Assembly (NCBI GenBank): GCA_043815885.1
Contig: JBDRIL010000032.1
Span: forward strand, 1 to 20,955
DNA from: an archaeon
GTDB taxonomy: Archaea > Iainarchaeota > Iainarchaeia > Iainarchaeales > 1-14-0-10-31-34
Direction of reading: 5' to 3'
DNA length: 20,955 bases
The notes under the pieces are model-generated. The model made no database searches. It was not told the origin of the DNA and saw only the letters and a list, made by a program, of their open reading frames with translations. Every line of letters starts with the position of its first letter. Within the stretch, counting starts at the first letter, position 1. Made by a program: the position numbers and the translations under genes. This document shows positions 8,144-16,214 of the stretch, one piece after another.

Positions 8144-8598
8144 GTTTTATCTTCTGCTTTTTCTTCTTTTTTTGCATCACTACTTTTTTCAAGAGTCAGG
8201 TCTTCTTTTTTTCCCTCGAATACCGCGACATCCTTGAATTCATTTCTGAGGATTTCCTCTAATTGGCTCCAGTAATGGTTTTCCTGTTTCATTAACACGA
8301 TCTGGTTTACTTTATGTATTTTTGCTTCATTCACTATCTTTCTTGCTGTATCTCCCCATTCAGTTACCTCAGTGCATTTCTTTCTCTTCTTTCCAATTAC
8401 TTCTTTCACTTTTTCCATTAACTGATTGCCTTGCATTATTTCTGATGCAGCAAACCCTACCTCTCCACTCATTGCATTGGTGTCAATTACAAGCAAAAGC
8501 ACTACTTCCTTTACTCCCTTCAATGCCTCTTCCAGAAAGACTTCATCAAATTCCTGCCTTGAAAGCAATGGTAAAAGTATTTTCATTCTTTCACCCAA
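8140..8598 (-). CDS. Universal stress protein (UspA)-like protein
   Basis: MKILLPL first strand, VVLLLVID, WGDTARKIVNEAKIHKVNQIVL fit the USP fold pattern. Confidence 0.65.
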   Translation of the reverse strand: MGERMKILLPLLSRQEFDEVFLEEALKGVKEVVLLLVIDTNAMSGEVGFAASEIMQGNQLMEKVKEVIGKKRKKCTEVTEWGDTARKIVNEAKIHKVNQIVLMKQENHYWSQLEEILRNEFKDVAVFEGKKEDLTLEKSSDAKKEEKAEDKT

Positions 8599-9313
8599 TC
8601 AATTCATAGAGGCTTTTTCTTTTCTCAATTATTTCTCCTTCTTCGCGGAGAAATTCACATATGGCTCTGACAAGGTTTGGGTCAAGAGAACAATTGATAG
8701 AGAGCTGCTTGAGGTTTAATTGCTTGTTTTTCTTTAATTCATTTATTATTGTTGGCTTGAGTTTTTCGTATAAGGATGAAGAAAGTACATAGAATTTTCC
8801 GTCAAAGGCTTTCATGCCCTTAATCTGGTTCTCTTTTATTTCTCTGCTGAATCTATCGCAGAACTTTCTTGCTTCAAAGTCATTATCAATGACAGTAAAG
8901 TGATTTTTTTCCAGTGTAGGATTGTCTAAAGGTTCAGCTTTTTTTTTATCTTCCGGTTCTTCCTTCAATTTATAAATTGGTTTCTTGTATTTTTCCGAGA
9001 GCCTGAATTTAATTATTATTCCTTCTTTCAGTAATTCATTGAAGCGGAATAGTTCTTCTTTGGAGAGAAGTTTCTCGAATTCTCCTTCAACTCTCTGGGA
9101 AAGGTTTTTTCTCCCACTCAATAAAGAGAATATTTTTTTATCCGAAGAAGGGATTGCTGGAACTTCTTTTTCCTTTCCGATTAAAAGAAATAAGTCGTCT
9201 TTTGCCTTTACTATTTCATATTCCTTGCTTTCACTTAAATCCAGTTTATTTCTTTCGGTTTCATTTAGGACTATTACAGTCCTGTCCCTATCGACCTTTA
9301 CTTCAGCCACCAA
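8591..9313 (-). CDS. Hypothetical protein with probable C-terminal winged helix and possible AbrB-like N-terminus
   Basis: 240-aa ORF. C-terminal LNLKQLSINCSLDPNLVRAICEFLREEGEIIEKRKSLYEL is wHTH-like. Overlaps the USP-like gene by 8 bp. Confidence 0.75.
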   Translation of the reverse strand: MVAEVKVDRDRTVIVLNETERNKLDLSESKEYEIVKAKDDLFLLIGKEKEVPAIPSSDKKIFSLLSGRKNLSQRVEGEFEKLLSKEELFRFNELLKEGIIIKFRLSEKYKKPIYKLKEEPEDKKKAEPLDNPTLEKNHFTVIDNDFEARKFCDRFSREIKENQIKGMKAFDGKFYVLSSSLYEKLKPTIINELKKNKQLNLKQLSINCSLDPNLVRAICEFLREEGEIIEKRKSLYELIG

Positions 9314-9377
9314 ATCCCCTATAAAAAGATAAGAAAAAGAATTAATAAGGTTAATTGAAAAAGAACGAAAAAGAGTT

Positions 9378-9542
9378 TTAATTTATCGGAGCAATTGGTC
9401 CTTGGGCATCTCTATTTTTTTCTTTTTTTCTCAAGCGTTTCTCGGATTTGAGTAACCTATCTGCTTGCCTATTAGCTTTTCCCGCCATCCACCAAATATT
9501 TAATTTATGGGCTCCGTCTTTGATTCTTCTAAATATTGGCAT
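9378..9542 (-). CDS. Small basic hypothetical protein, 54 aa (MPIFRRIKDG...)
   Basis: RBS AGGTGA upstream of ATG 9542; the track start at 9575 is probably over-extended. Confidence 0.6.
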   Translation of the reverse strand: MPIFRRIKDGAHKLNIWWMAGKANRQADRLLKSEKRLRKKEKNRDAQGPIAPIN

Positions 9543-9571
9543 TTTTTCACCTTGAATAATATAAATGTGGT

Positions 9572-10654
9572 TCAACTACTTAAATCTTTTCCTTCGCAGT
9601 AACGCATTTTGTCACAGGAATTATTGATTCCGGCATAACCAAAGACAGTGGGAAAGAAATCAAAGGAATTCATTTCCTGAACGAGTTTTCCTATTCCTCC
9701 TCCATGCAAAATAAACGGAACAACCAATGATTCTTCCATTGAATTATGGGGGGGAGACTGGTGATGGCCTTTGCATAAAAGGCAGTCAAAAGCCATTCCG
9801 TGGTCGGAAGAAATAACGCTGATGAGTTCTTCCTGTTCTTCAATCACTTCAATTAATTGCCCCATACTTGAATCAAGTGCCTCAATGCATTCAGCATAAC
9901 CTGTTGCATTAGTGTTGTGCCCGCAGGAATCGTTTCCCTTTATATTGGAGAATAGAATATATTTCTCTTCAGGGAAATTCTTTTCCAGGTAATCAATTAA
10001 GTCTGCATCCAATTCAATTAAATAGGCAGAATACAGGGAATATTTTTCCACCTTGTCTTCATCAGAGGAAGGAATATAATAATTCAGGTTTTCCTTCCAG
10101 CTTAAAAAAAAGGATTCAAGCGAATTAGTTAATGCGCTTTTATTGTTCACTATTATTTCGTATTCATTGAATGACTGGTCATGGAAGACAACATCAAACT
10201 CGCCCAATCCTTCCTGGAAGTCTCCTCCCTGTGAGACCATTATGCATGTATATCCATATCTTTTCCCTAAATCACAGAAGGAAACAATCCCCACAGCATC
10301 CACACAGGACTTTGTTTGGGTTGGAGAAATGCATTCTCCTGCAAGATAAGTCATTGCATGGCTTTCGGTTGTGGAAGGAAAGTTAACTGTAATTCCTCCA
10401 ATAATGCCTTTTTCCTTGAATTGCTCTAAGTTTGGAGTTGAAGCCTTCAGCAATACTTCTCCGTTTAATGCTTCTGGAACTAATTCAGGGTAAACCGAAA
10501 GATAGTAAGAACCAGTGCCGTCAAGAAAGAATACAGCAATATTCTTGGAATTAATATTTTCTACACTGGAACCAAAAAAGAAATATAAAAGTAATAATAT
10601 AAGCACTATAAGCATTAGAAGAAAAACTAATCTGCTTTCAGTGCCGATCCTCAC
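9572..10654 (-). CDS. Membrane-anchored alkaline-phosphatase-superfamily protein (phosphodiesterase/NPP-like)
   Basis: N-terminal TM segment; metal and nucleophile motifs FFLDG, PSTTESH, DSCGH, SSDHG, GHH, and C-terminal VPFILHG...DFFPTV. Confidence 0.85.
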   Translation of the reverse strand: MRIGTESRLVFLLMLIVLILLLLYFFFGSSVENINSKNIAVFFLDGTGSYYLSVYPELVPEALNGEVLLKASTPNLEQFKEKGIIGGITVNFPSTTESHAMTYLAGECISPTQTKSCVDAVGIVSFCDLGKRYGYTCIMVSQGGDFQEGLGEFDVVFHDQSFNEYEIIVNNKSALTNSLESFFLSWKENLNYYIPSSDEDKVEKYSLYSAYLIELDADLIDYLEKNFPEEKYILFSNIKGNDSCGHNTNATGYAECIEALDSSMGQLIEVIEEQEELISVISSDHGMAFDCLLCKGHHQSPPHNSMEESLVVPFILHGGGIGKLVQEMNSFDFFPTVFGYAGINNSCDKMRYCEGKDLSS

Positions 10655-10660
10655 ATTGAA

Positions 10661-11935
10661 TCAACCCTCTTCCTTGCATTCCTCCAATTCGGAGTGAAGC
10701 AAACAGATTACTTCTTTTAAGGAATCTGTCCCGACTAAAACATAACTGCAGTCTACTACAAAGTAAGGCCCTGCATGAGGCATCATTCCATACCCTGCTC
10801 CAATCAAATAATCATCTTTTACCTTTTCCTTCATTTTATCCCAGTCTTCTTCCAGGCATTTCTTGAAGGAATCATAATTATTAGGCATTACACCCATTGC
10901 ACCGTAAAGCATTACTGATTTATCCGAGACATCTAATGGGTTTCCTTCCCCCGGGAAAGAACTCTTAAATAACCAATGAACCCAGTCATTGAAGAGCCTC
11001 TCTCCTTCCATTCTTGCACATTCAGCGCCAGCAGCTGCATTCTCTGCCCTCACTCCATTTACTGGAAAATTCCTGTAAGTGAAGTTGATGTCATAACCAA
11101 ATTCCGTGTTTAATTCATCTATTCCCTCTACTGCTGCATTGCTTGCAGGAGAAATATAATCCAAAAATGCATGCACTATTGGTTTTTCTCCGCCATCACA
11201 TTCCTCTACTTCCTTTAATATCATTGTATTGCGTGGAACTCCGTCCAGATAAAGTTCAGGTACAACGAAAAAATCCTTTACAACAGGAAAATTCTTCTTC
11301 AGTTCATTGAATATTTCAGGGTATTCAATTACTGTTTCCCTTTCAACCAATGCAGTTGGAATTACTTCTACGCCAAATTCTTCTATGTAATGCTTGTTTT
11401 TTTCTTTTGCGGTATCAATTAATTCCTCTTCAAACAATACTTTTTTTTCCTGAAAAGAAGCCTTAATTGAGTTTTCTTTTTCACAGAAACCACATTCAGA
11501 AGAATAAAGAAGCAGTAACTTTACTGGTTTGGTTTCAGGGATTGGTTCGTAAGGCGGAATTTCTTCCATAAATACTTTATGGATTACTGCTCCTGCGGCT
11601 GCACCCAAAAAAATGAATAAAATTATTAAATAGAAAGGAAACCTCTTTTTTTTCTTGGGTTCTTTTGGTTTGACTTTTTCTTCTTCCTTTTTCTTTTTTT
11701 CTTTTTCAAGGACAGTTCCTTTCTCTATTATTTCTTCCTTTAATTTTTCGTCCTTTGTTTTAGGTTTTGTTTCTTTCTTTGTTTTTTTTTCTTCAAGGAC
11801 TTTTCCTTTCTCTAAGATATCCTCTTTTAACATCTCATCCTTTGTTTTAGGCAAAGCTTCTTTCTTTACTTCATCCTTTGCGTCACTGCCCTCTTCAGAA
11901 TCAGTGCTTTCCCCAGGAATAAATATTTCTCCCAT
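10661..11935 (-). CDS. Membrane-anchored thioredoxin/DsbA-like protein with two Trx-fold domains
   Basis: Charged N-terminal tail and one TM segment. Domain 1 has CGFC and VIPT. Domain 2 has DYISPAS, YRNFPV and AAAGAECA (DsbA-like). Confidence 0.8.
   Translation of the reverse strand: MGEIFIPGESTDSEEGSDAKDEVKKEALPKTKDEMLKEDILEKGKVLEEKKTKKETKPKTKDEKLKEEIIEKGTVLEKEKKKKEEEKVKPKEPKKKKRFPFYLIILFIFLGAAAGAVIHKVFMEEIPPYEPIPETKPVKLLLLYSSECGFCEKENSIKASFQEKKVLFEEELIDTAKEKNKHYIEEFGVEVIPTALVERETVIEYPEIFNELKKNFPVVKDFFVVPELYLDGVPRNTMILKEVEECDGGEKPIVHAFLDYISPASNAAVEGIDELNTEFGYDINFTYRNFPVNGVRAENAAAGAECARMEGERLFNDWVHWLFKSSFPGEGNPLDVSDKSVMLYGAMGVMPNNYDSFKKCLEEDWDKMKEKVKDDYLIGAGYGMMPHAGPYFVVDCSYVLVGTDSLKEVICLLHSELEECKEEG
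11684..11851 (-). repeat. Intragenic tandem duplication, 87 bp / 29 aa period
   Basis: PKTKDEMLKEDILEKGKVLEEKKTKKE versus PKTKDEKLKEEIIEKGTVLEKEKKKKE. Confidence 0.85.
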
Positions 11936-12007
11936 TTTGAATCCAGAAATAATCTGAGCCAGGTTTAATTTAAAAGATTAACTGGTTAGTAATCCTTTTG
12001 ACTTTTT

Positions 12008-12757
12008 ATGCTTATAGATTGCCATTGCCATTTGAATGAATGCAGTGAAACAGAGAAAGCAATTGAGAGGGCAAAAAAGAACGGAGTGGAAAGAATTATT
12101 TCTGCTTCAACTGATTTTGAGTCAAATAAAGAGAACCTGTCTCTCTCAAGGAAATTTCCTGGAATTGTTTTTCCCTGTTTCGGAATCCATCCATCCAATC
12201 TCCTTAGGATGAAAGAAAAGGAAGTTGCTGATTGTTTTGAATTCATTAAGGAAAATCCAGGGAAAGGAGTCGGGATAGGGGAGATTGGATTGGATTTCAA
12301 GCACGCAGAAAGAAAAGAGGAAAGAATGCTCCAGGAAAAAATATTCCTGGAATTAATTGAATTGGGTGAGAGGAAAAAACTGCCTTTGGTAGTGCATTCA
12401 AGGTATGCAGGAAAGAGGGTTCTTGAGTTACTGGAAGAAGGGAATGCTGAGAGAGTACTGCTGCATTGGTTTAATGGTTCAGTAAAGGAATTCGAGGAAG
12501 GGATTAAAAGGAATTACTTTTTTTCCATTGGACCAAGCATTCTATCAAGCAAGGAATATGCTGAAAAGGTAAAGGAAATTCCCCTGGAGAACTTAATGCT
12601 TGAAACCGATTCACCAGTGGAATTTAACGGAGAAAAGGCAGAGCCTTCCTGGATAAAGGAAGTAGGAGAGAAGCTTGCAGAATTAAAAGAAGTCAGTATG
12701 GAAGAAATTGAGAATAAAACCTCTGAAAATGCATTTAAGTTTTTTGGGCTGGAATAA
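12008..12757 (+). CDS. tatD: TatD-family metal-dependent DNase
   Basis: IDCHCHL, GIHP, GEIGLD, VVHSR, LHWF and LETDSP motifs. Confidence 0.95.
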   Translation: MLIDCHCHLNECSETEKAIERAKKNGVERIISASTDFESNKENLSLSRKFPGIVFPCFGIHPSNLLRMKEKEVADCFEFIKENPGKGVGIGEIGLDFKHAERKEERMLQEKIFLELIELGERKKLPLVVHSRYAGKRVLELLEEGNAERVLLHWFNGSVKEFEEGIKRNYFFSIGPSILSSKEYAEKVKEIPLENLMLETDSPVEFNGEKAEPSWIKEVGEKLAELKEVSMEEIENKTSENAFKFFGLE

Positions 12758-12813
12758 TTAGCTTAATAAATTTATTCGTGTAGTTATTTTTTATTACTTG
12801 GAAGTGAAAGATA

Positions 12814-13347
12814 ATGATTACTTTATTTCTCTTGGTTTTTGTGGTTGCGTTAGTGATAGGGAATTCATTGCTTTTTTTTACTGGTTCAAGAGATTCCACT
12901 CATGCAGGCTCTGATTTGGGGAGATTGAAGGAAAGGATTGGAGAAGGGATTCCTGAAAGCAGCGAAGGAGTAGGAGAGATTGAAGTTAATGCAAGGCTTA
13001 AGGCAGCAAACAAGAAAACAGAGATGGCCCATAGCAGAATGAATGAATTAGAGAAAAAAGTGAAGGTGCTTGCCCTTGAGGTTACAAAAACGAATGAAAT
13101 GCTTAAAATGAAGGGAGTAAAAAAAGGAAGCATTGAATTGAATGATAGGGTTGACAGATTGGATCATTTCAGGCACAACACAAAGATAGAGATTGCAGCA
13201 GTAAAGGATTTACTGGATGATTTAAGGAAGACACTTCCATTAATGAAGAAGCCAAGAAAGAGCAGGAAAGAGTTAATCAAACTGAACAAGGAAACAAAAG
13301 AATTAGAGAAAAGGATTCATGATATCGTCTTCCATAAAGCTAAATAA
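12814..13347 (+). CDS. Membrane-anchored coiled-coil hypothetical protein
   Basis: N-terminal hydrophobic segment followed by heptad-like charged helices. Confidence 0.8.
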   Translation: MITLFLLVFVVALVIGNSLLFFTGSRDSTHAGSDLGRLKERIGEGIPESSEGVGEIEVNARLKAANKKTEMAHSRMNELEKKVKVLALEVTKTNEMLKMKGVKKGSIELNDRVDRLDHFRHNTKIEIAAVKDLLDDLRKTLPLMKKPRKSRKELIKLNKETKELEKRIHDIVFHKAK

Positions 13348-13437
13348 TATCAAAGGACAACTTTTTTGTCTATATTTTTGTCCTTTGATAGCTATCAAAA
13401 GACATTAAGAAGTTTCATAACCAATGTCTTTTGATAT
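13347..13437. repeat. Array of four TATCAAA(G/A)GACA arms in alternating orientation (double inverted repeat)
   Basis: Perfect arm pairs at 13348-13360/13378-13390 (17-nt spacer) and 13393-13406/13423-13436 (16-nt spacer); central palindrome TTTGATAGCTATCAAA. Confidence 0.9.
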
Positions 13438-13473
13438 GAATTTAATTAGTTTTTCCTTCTCTAATTGATTCTG

Positions 13474-14016
13474 ATGAAGAAAAAATTCTCTATGGCAATA
13501 GACTGTCCTAGCTGCGGAAAGAAGGCAGTAATGACTGAATTAATAAGAAAGATCCCTAATTTTGGAAAAATCCTTTTAACAAACCTGAACTGCAGGGAAT
13601 GCGGATTCAATTTGAATGACGTAATGAATGCTGGTTCTGGTAAACCAATGAAGTATGAAGTGGAAGTGAATTCAGTCAAAGACTTAAAGACAAAAATAGT
13701 GAAGTCAAGCACTTCCTCTGTTGAAGTACCTGAATTGGGGATAAGTCTTTACAGCGGCTCTTACTCTGAAGGATACATTACAAATATTGAAGGTTTTCTG
13801 CTTAGAACAAAGGAAGCCCTTTCCTCTCTAATGAGATTAAAGGATACCCCGGAAAAAGAAATGAAGAGAATTGAAGAGCTGAGAAAAAAAATATGCAAAG
13901 CAGTGAATGCAGAAATAAGTTTCAGGGTAATACTGGAAGATGCCCAAGGAAACGGTGCCTTAATTGGAAGAAAAGTGAAAAAAATTGAATTAAAGAAAAA
14001 GAAACCAAAAACTTAA
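13474..14016 (+). CDS. Archaeal ZPR1-related C4 zinc-finger protein
   Basis: CPSC...IPNFGKILL...CRECGF, DLKTKIVKS, VPELG, EGYITNIEGFL, LEDAQGNG. Start could also be 13465 or 13492. Confidence 0.92.
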   Translation: MKKKFSMAIDCPSCGKKAVMTELIRKIPNFGKILLTNLNCRECGFNLNDVMNAGSGKPMKYEVEVNSVKDLKTKIVKSSTSSVEVPELGISLYSGSYSEGYITNIEGFLLRTKEALSSLMRLKDTPEKEMKRIEELRKKICKAVNAEISFRVILEDAQGNGALIGRKVKKIELKKKKPKT

Positions 14017-14043
14017 AATACAACTTAAAACTATAATTTAGTC

Positions 14044-15945
14044 ATGAAGAAATTAATTCTGTTATTGGCTTTATTGGTATTGTTTAGTCCTATTTCTTTT
14101 TCGCAGGAAGAAACTCCTCCTGAAGTGCCTGTTGAAGAAACTCCCCCAGAACCGCCAATGGAAGAAGCTCCTGTTGAGGAAGCCCCACCAGAACCTCCTG
14201 TGGAAGAAGTGTTTGGAGAGGAAGTGATTCCTGAGGGATGCCATAAAGTGGAAACAGGAACAGGAATGTCTCAATTGGAATGTGATTTTGATAAAGAAGA
14301 ATTTGAGGAATTTGATGTAAAGGAAGAATTAAATGAATGTGATGGAAAGTTTGAGTTGATTGAAGGAAAGCCTACATGTATTAAGGAAGGAGAATCCGGT
14401 TTTATTGGAACACAGTGCCCAACCCAAGAAGAACTGGATGCAGTTAAATCAAGCTGTAATAAAAAGATAGAGGAATTCAAGGATGAAAAAGGATGTAATG
14501 CAGTAATGTGTGTTAACGAGGAATTCAAGAAAAAATATGATGAAAAAATAAATGAAATGTATGGAGACGATCCATTAAAGGCTGAGGCAATTAAGTGCCA
14601 GAAGGATGGAGGGGAATTCACTCTAATTAAAGGAGAACCGCAATGTATTGGCAAAGGCCTTGAACCAATTTCAATAAAGGGAGAACTAGGAGAAATGAGT
14701 GCAGAAGAATTATCTAAGGCTGCATACAAACTGGATCAATTCCAAAAAACAGTTGGGGAAGTAGAAGGAAAGCTTGGGCCAATAAAGGAAATGTATGAAG
14801 GAGAAGGAAAGACAGAGGAAGCAGAGGCAATCGGTTATGGTATTGAAAAACTGGGAGAAGTGAAAGCAAAGATAAATGAAATAAAATCTGATTTATCTTC
14901 AGGATGGTTAACAACAGAAGAAAGAGAGGAAATCATTATTGAAATACAGTCTTTAAGGAGAGAGGTTTTGGATGTCACAAAAGTAATTACTAGTGGAAAG
15001 GTTCCAACCCTGGAGGAAATTGAAATGGCGGTAGCTGAACAATTCGATAAATTTTATGGCTCGCCTTTTGGGAGTGAGGAAGAATTTCAGAAATGGGTTG
15101 AAGCAGAAAAGGATGCACTGGAAACAGTAAGAGGCTGTGAAAAATACAAGGAAACCGAGAAATCATTTGTTCCTCCTGACCCAGAAGGAATGATTGTATT
15201 AGTAACATTAAAATATTCAGAGGAAGTGTGCAATATGACCCTTAATTCAAAAGAGGGGCTTACTGCTACTTATTCCGTTCCTCCGGAAGGATACAAGGAA
15301 TTTAAAGGACCGGAAAGACTGCCTGAATTTTCTTGCACTGGAGATTGCGATAAAATAAATGAGGTTTTCAGTATGCATGTTCCTGAAGGTCCAGAGGAAG
15401 AATGTATGGAAGACTGTGTTGTCAGAGACTGTGATGGCGGAACGTTTGAATGTATGGGATTGAATAGAGAGAAATGTGAATTAGAGTGTGGACTGAAAAA
15501 AGAAGGAGACGGTCCATTTGGACCGGGAGGACAGATTGATCCATTTCAAGGATGTATAATGGTTTGCGTTGGAGATGAAGCAGATCAGTGTGGGCCCGGA
15601 GGAAGCAATCCAAAATGCATTGAATGTGAGGAAAAATGCATGCAGGAATACGGGCCAGGAATTGGATATGAAAGGTGTTTGAGTGGAGAACAAGTGGATT
15701 CAAGGGAATCAGAATGCATTACTCAAGGCCAATACGGAGAACCAGTAGAAGAACAGGTAATGGATACTGTATGCATAGTCGATATTATATGTAAGGCATA
15801 TGAACCAGTAGGAGACGATCCAGGAAGCGGTCCTGATAACTGGGAACCAGGACATGAGCCAACAGGAGGATTTGGATTGGGCGGGATTCCTTTCGGGAAC
15901 CTGATTGAAGGAATAATGAATTGGATGCAGGGGTTATTTAAATGA
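14044..15945 (+). CDS. Large secreted acidic Cys-rich surface protein
   Basis: Signal peptide MKKLILLLALLVLFSPISFS, Pro/Glu repeats, Cys-rich domains flanking a coiled coil, and an amphipathic C-terminus. Confidence 0.85.
   Translation: MKKLILLLALLVLFSPISFSQEETPPEVPVEETPPEPPMEEAPVEEAPPEPPVEEVFGEEVIPEGCHKVETGTGMSQLECDFDKEEFEEFDVKEELNECDGKFELIEGKPTCIKEGESGFIGTQCPTQEELDAVKSSCNKKIEEFKDEKGCNAVMCVNEEFKKKYDEKINEMYGDDPLKAEAIKCQKDGGEFTLIKGEPQCIGKGLEPISIKGELGEMSAEELSKAAYKLDQFQKTVGEVEGKLGPIKEMYEGEGKTEEAEAIGYGIEKLGEVKAKINEIKSDLSSGWLTTEEREEIIIEIQSLRREVLDVTKVITSGKVPTLEEIEMAVAEQFDKFYGSPFGSEEEFQKWVEAEKDALETVRGCEKYKETEKSFVPPDPEGMIVLVTLKYSEEVCNMTLNSKEGLTATYSVPPEGYKEFKGPERLPEFSCTGDCDKINEVFSMHVPEGPEEECMEDCVVRDCDGGTFECMGLNREKCELECGLKKEGDGPFGPGGQIDPFQGCIMVCVGDEADQCGPGGSNPKCIECEEKCMQEYGPGIGYERCLSGEQVDSRESECITQGQYGEPVEEQVMDTVCIVDIICKAYEPVGDDPGSGPDNWEPGHEPTGGFGLGGIPFGNLIEGIMNWMQGLFK
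14107..14208 (+). repeat. Pro/Glu-rich low-complexity repeats
   Basis: EETPPEVPVEETPPEPPMEEAPVEEAPPEPPVEE. Confidence 0.8.
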
Positions 15946-16211
15946 AAAAAATAGTTTTTGCTTTATTGGTTTTGGTTGTTTTTTTTGGGTGTACTACTTT
16001 GCCTCCAGCCCCTGAGCCAGGGGATATAACAGACGGAGATGCTGTGAAAGATGATAAGAAAAAAGAAGAAAGCACTCTGGATAAAGAAGAAGTTAAAGAT
16101 ACATCCGCTCCAAAAGAAGAAGAAAATTCTACTGATACTGTTGAAGATATTGCTGGGGAATTAACTGATTTAACTGAAGGATTAGATGAAGTCGGAGAAG
16201 ACATAGATTAA
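15942..16211 (+). CDS. Small acidic putative lipoprotein
   Basis: MKK plus hydrophobic core plus FFGC lipobox-like Cys; ATGA overlap with the upstream gene. Confidence 0.8.
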   Translation: MKKIVFALLVLVVFFGCTTLPPAPEPGDITDGDAVKDDKKKEESTLDKEEVKDTSAPKEEENSTDTVEDIAGELTDLTEGLDEVGEDID

Positions 16212-16214
16212 ATG

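Noticed and set aside
13347..13437. CRISPR mini-array or archaeal dif site
   Set aside because: Arms are inverted 13-14-mers with 16-17-nt spacers, there are no cas genes, and the geometry does not match the 11-6-11 dif pattern.
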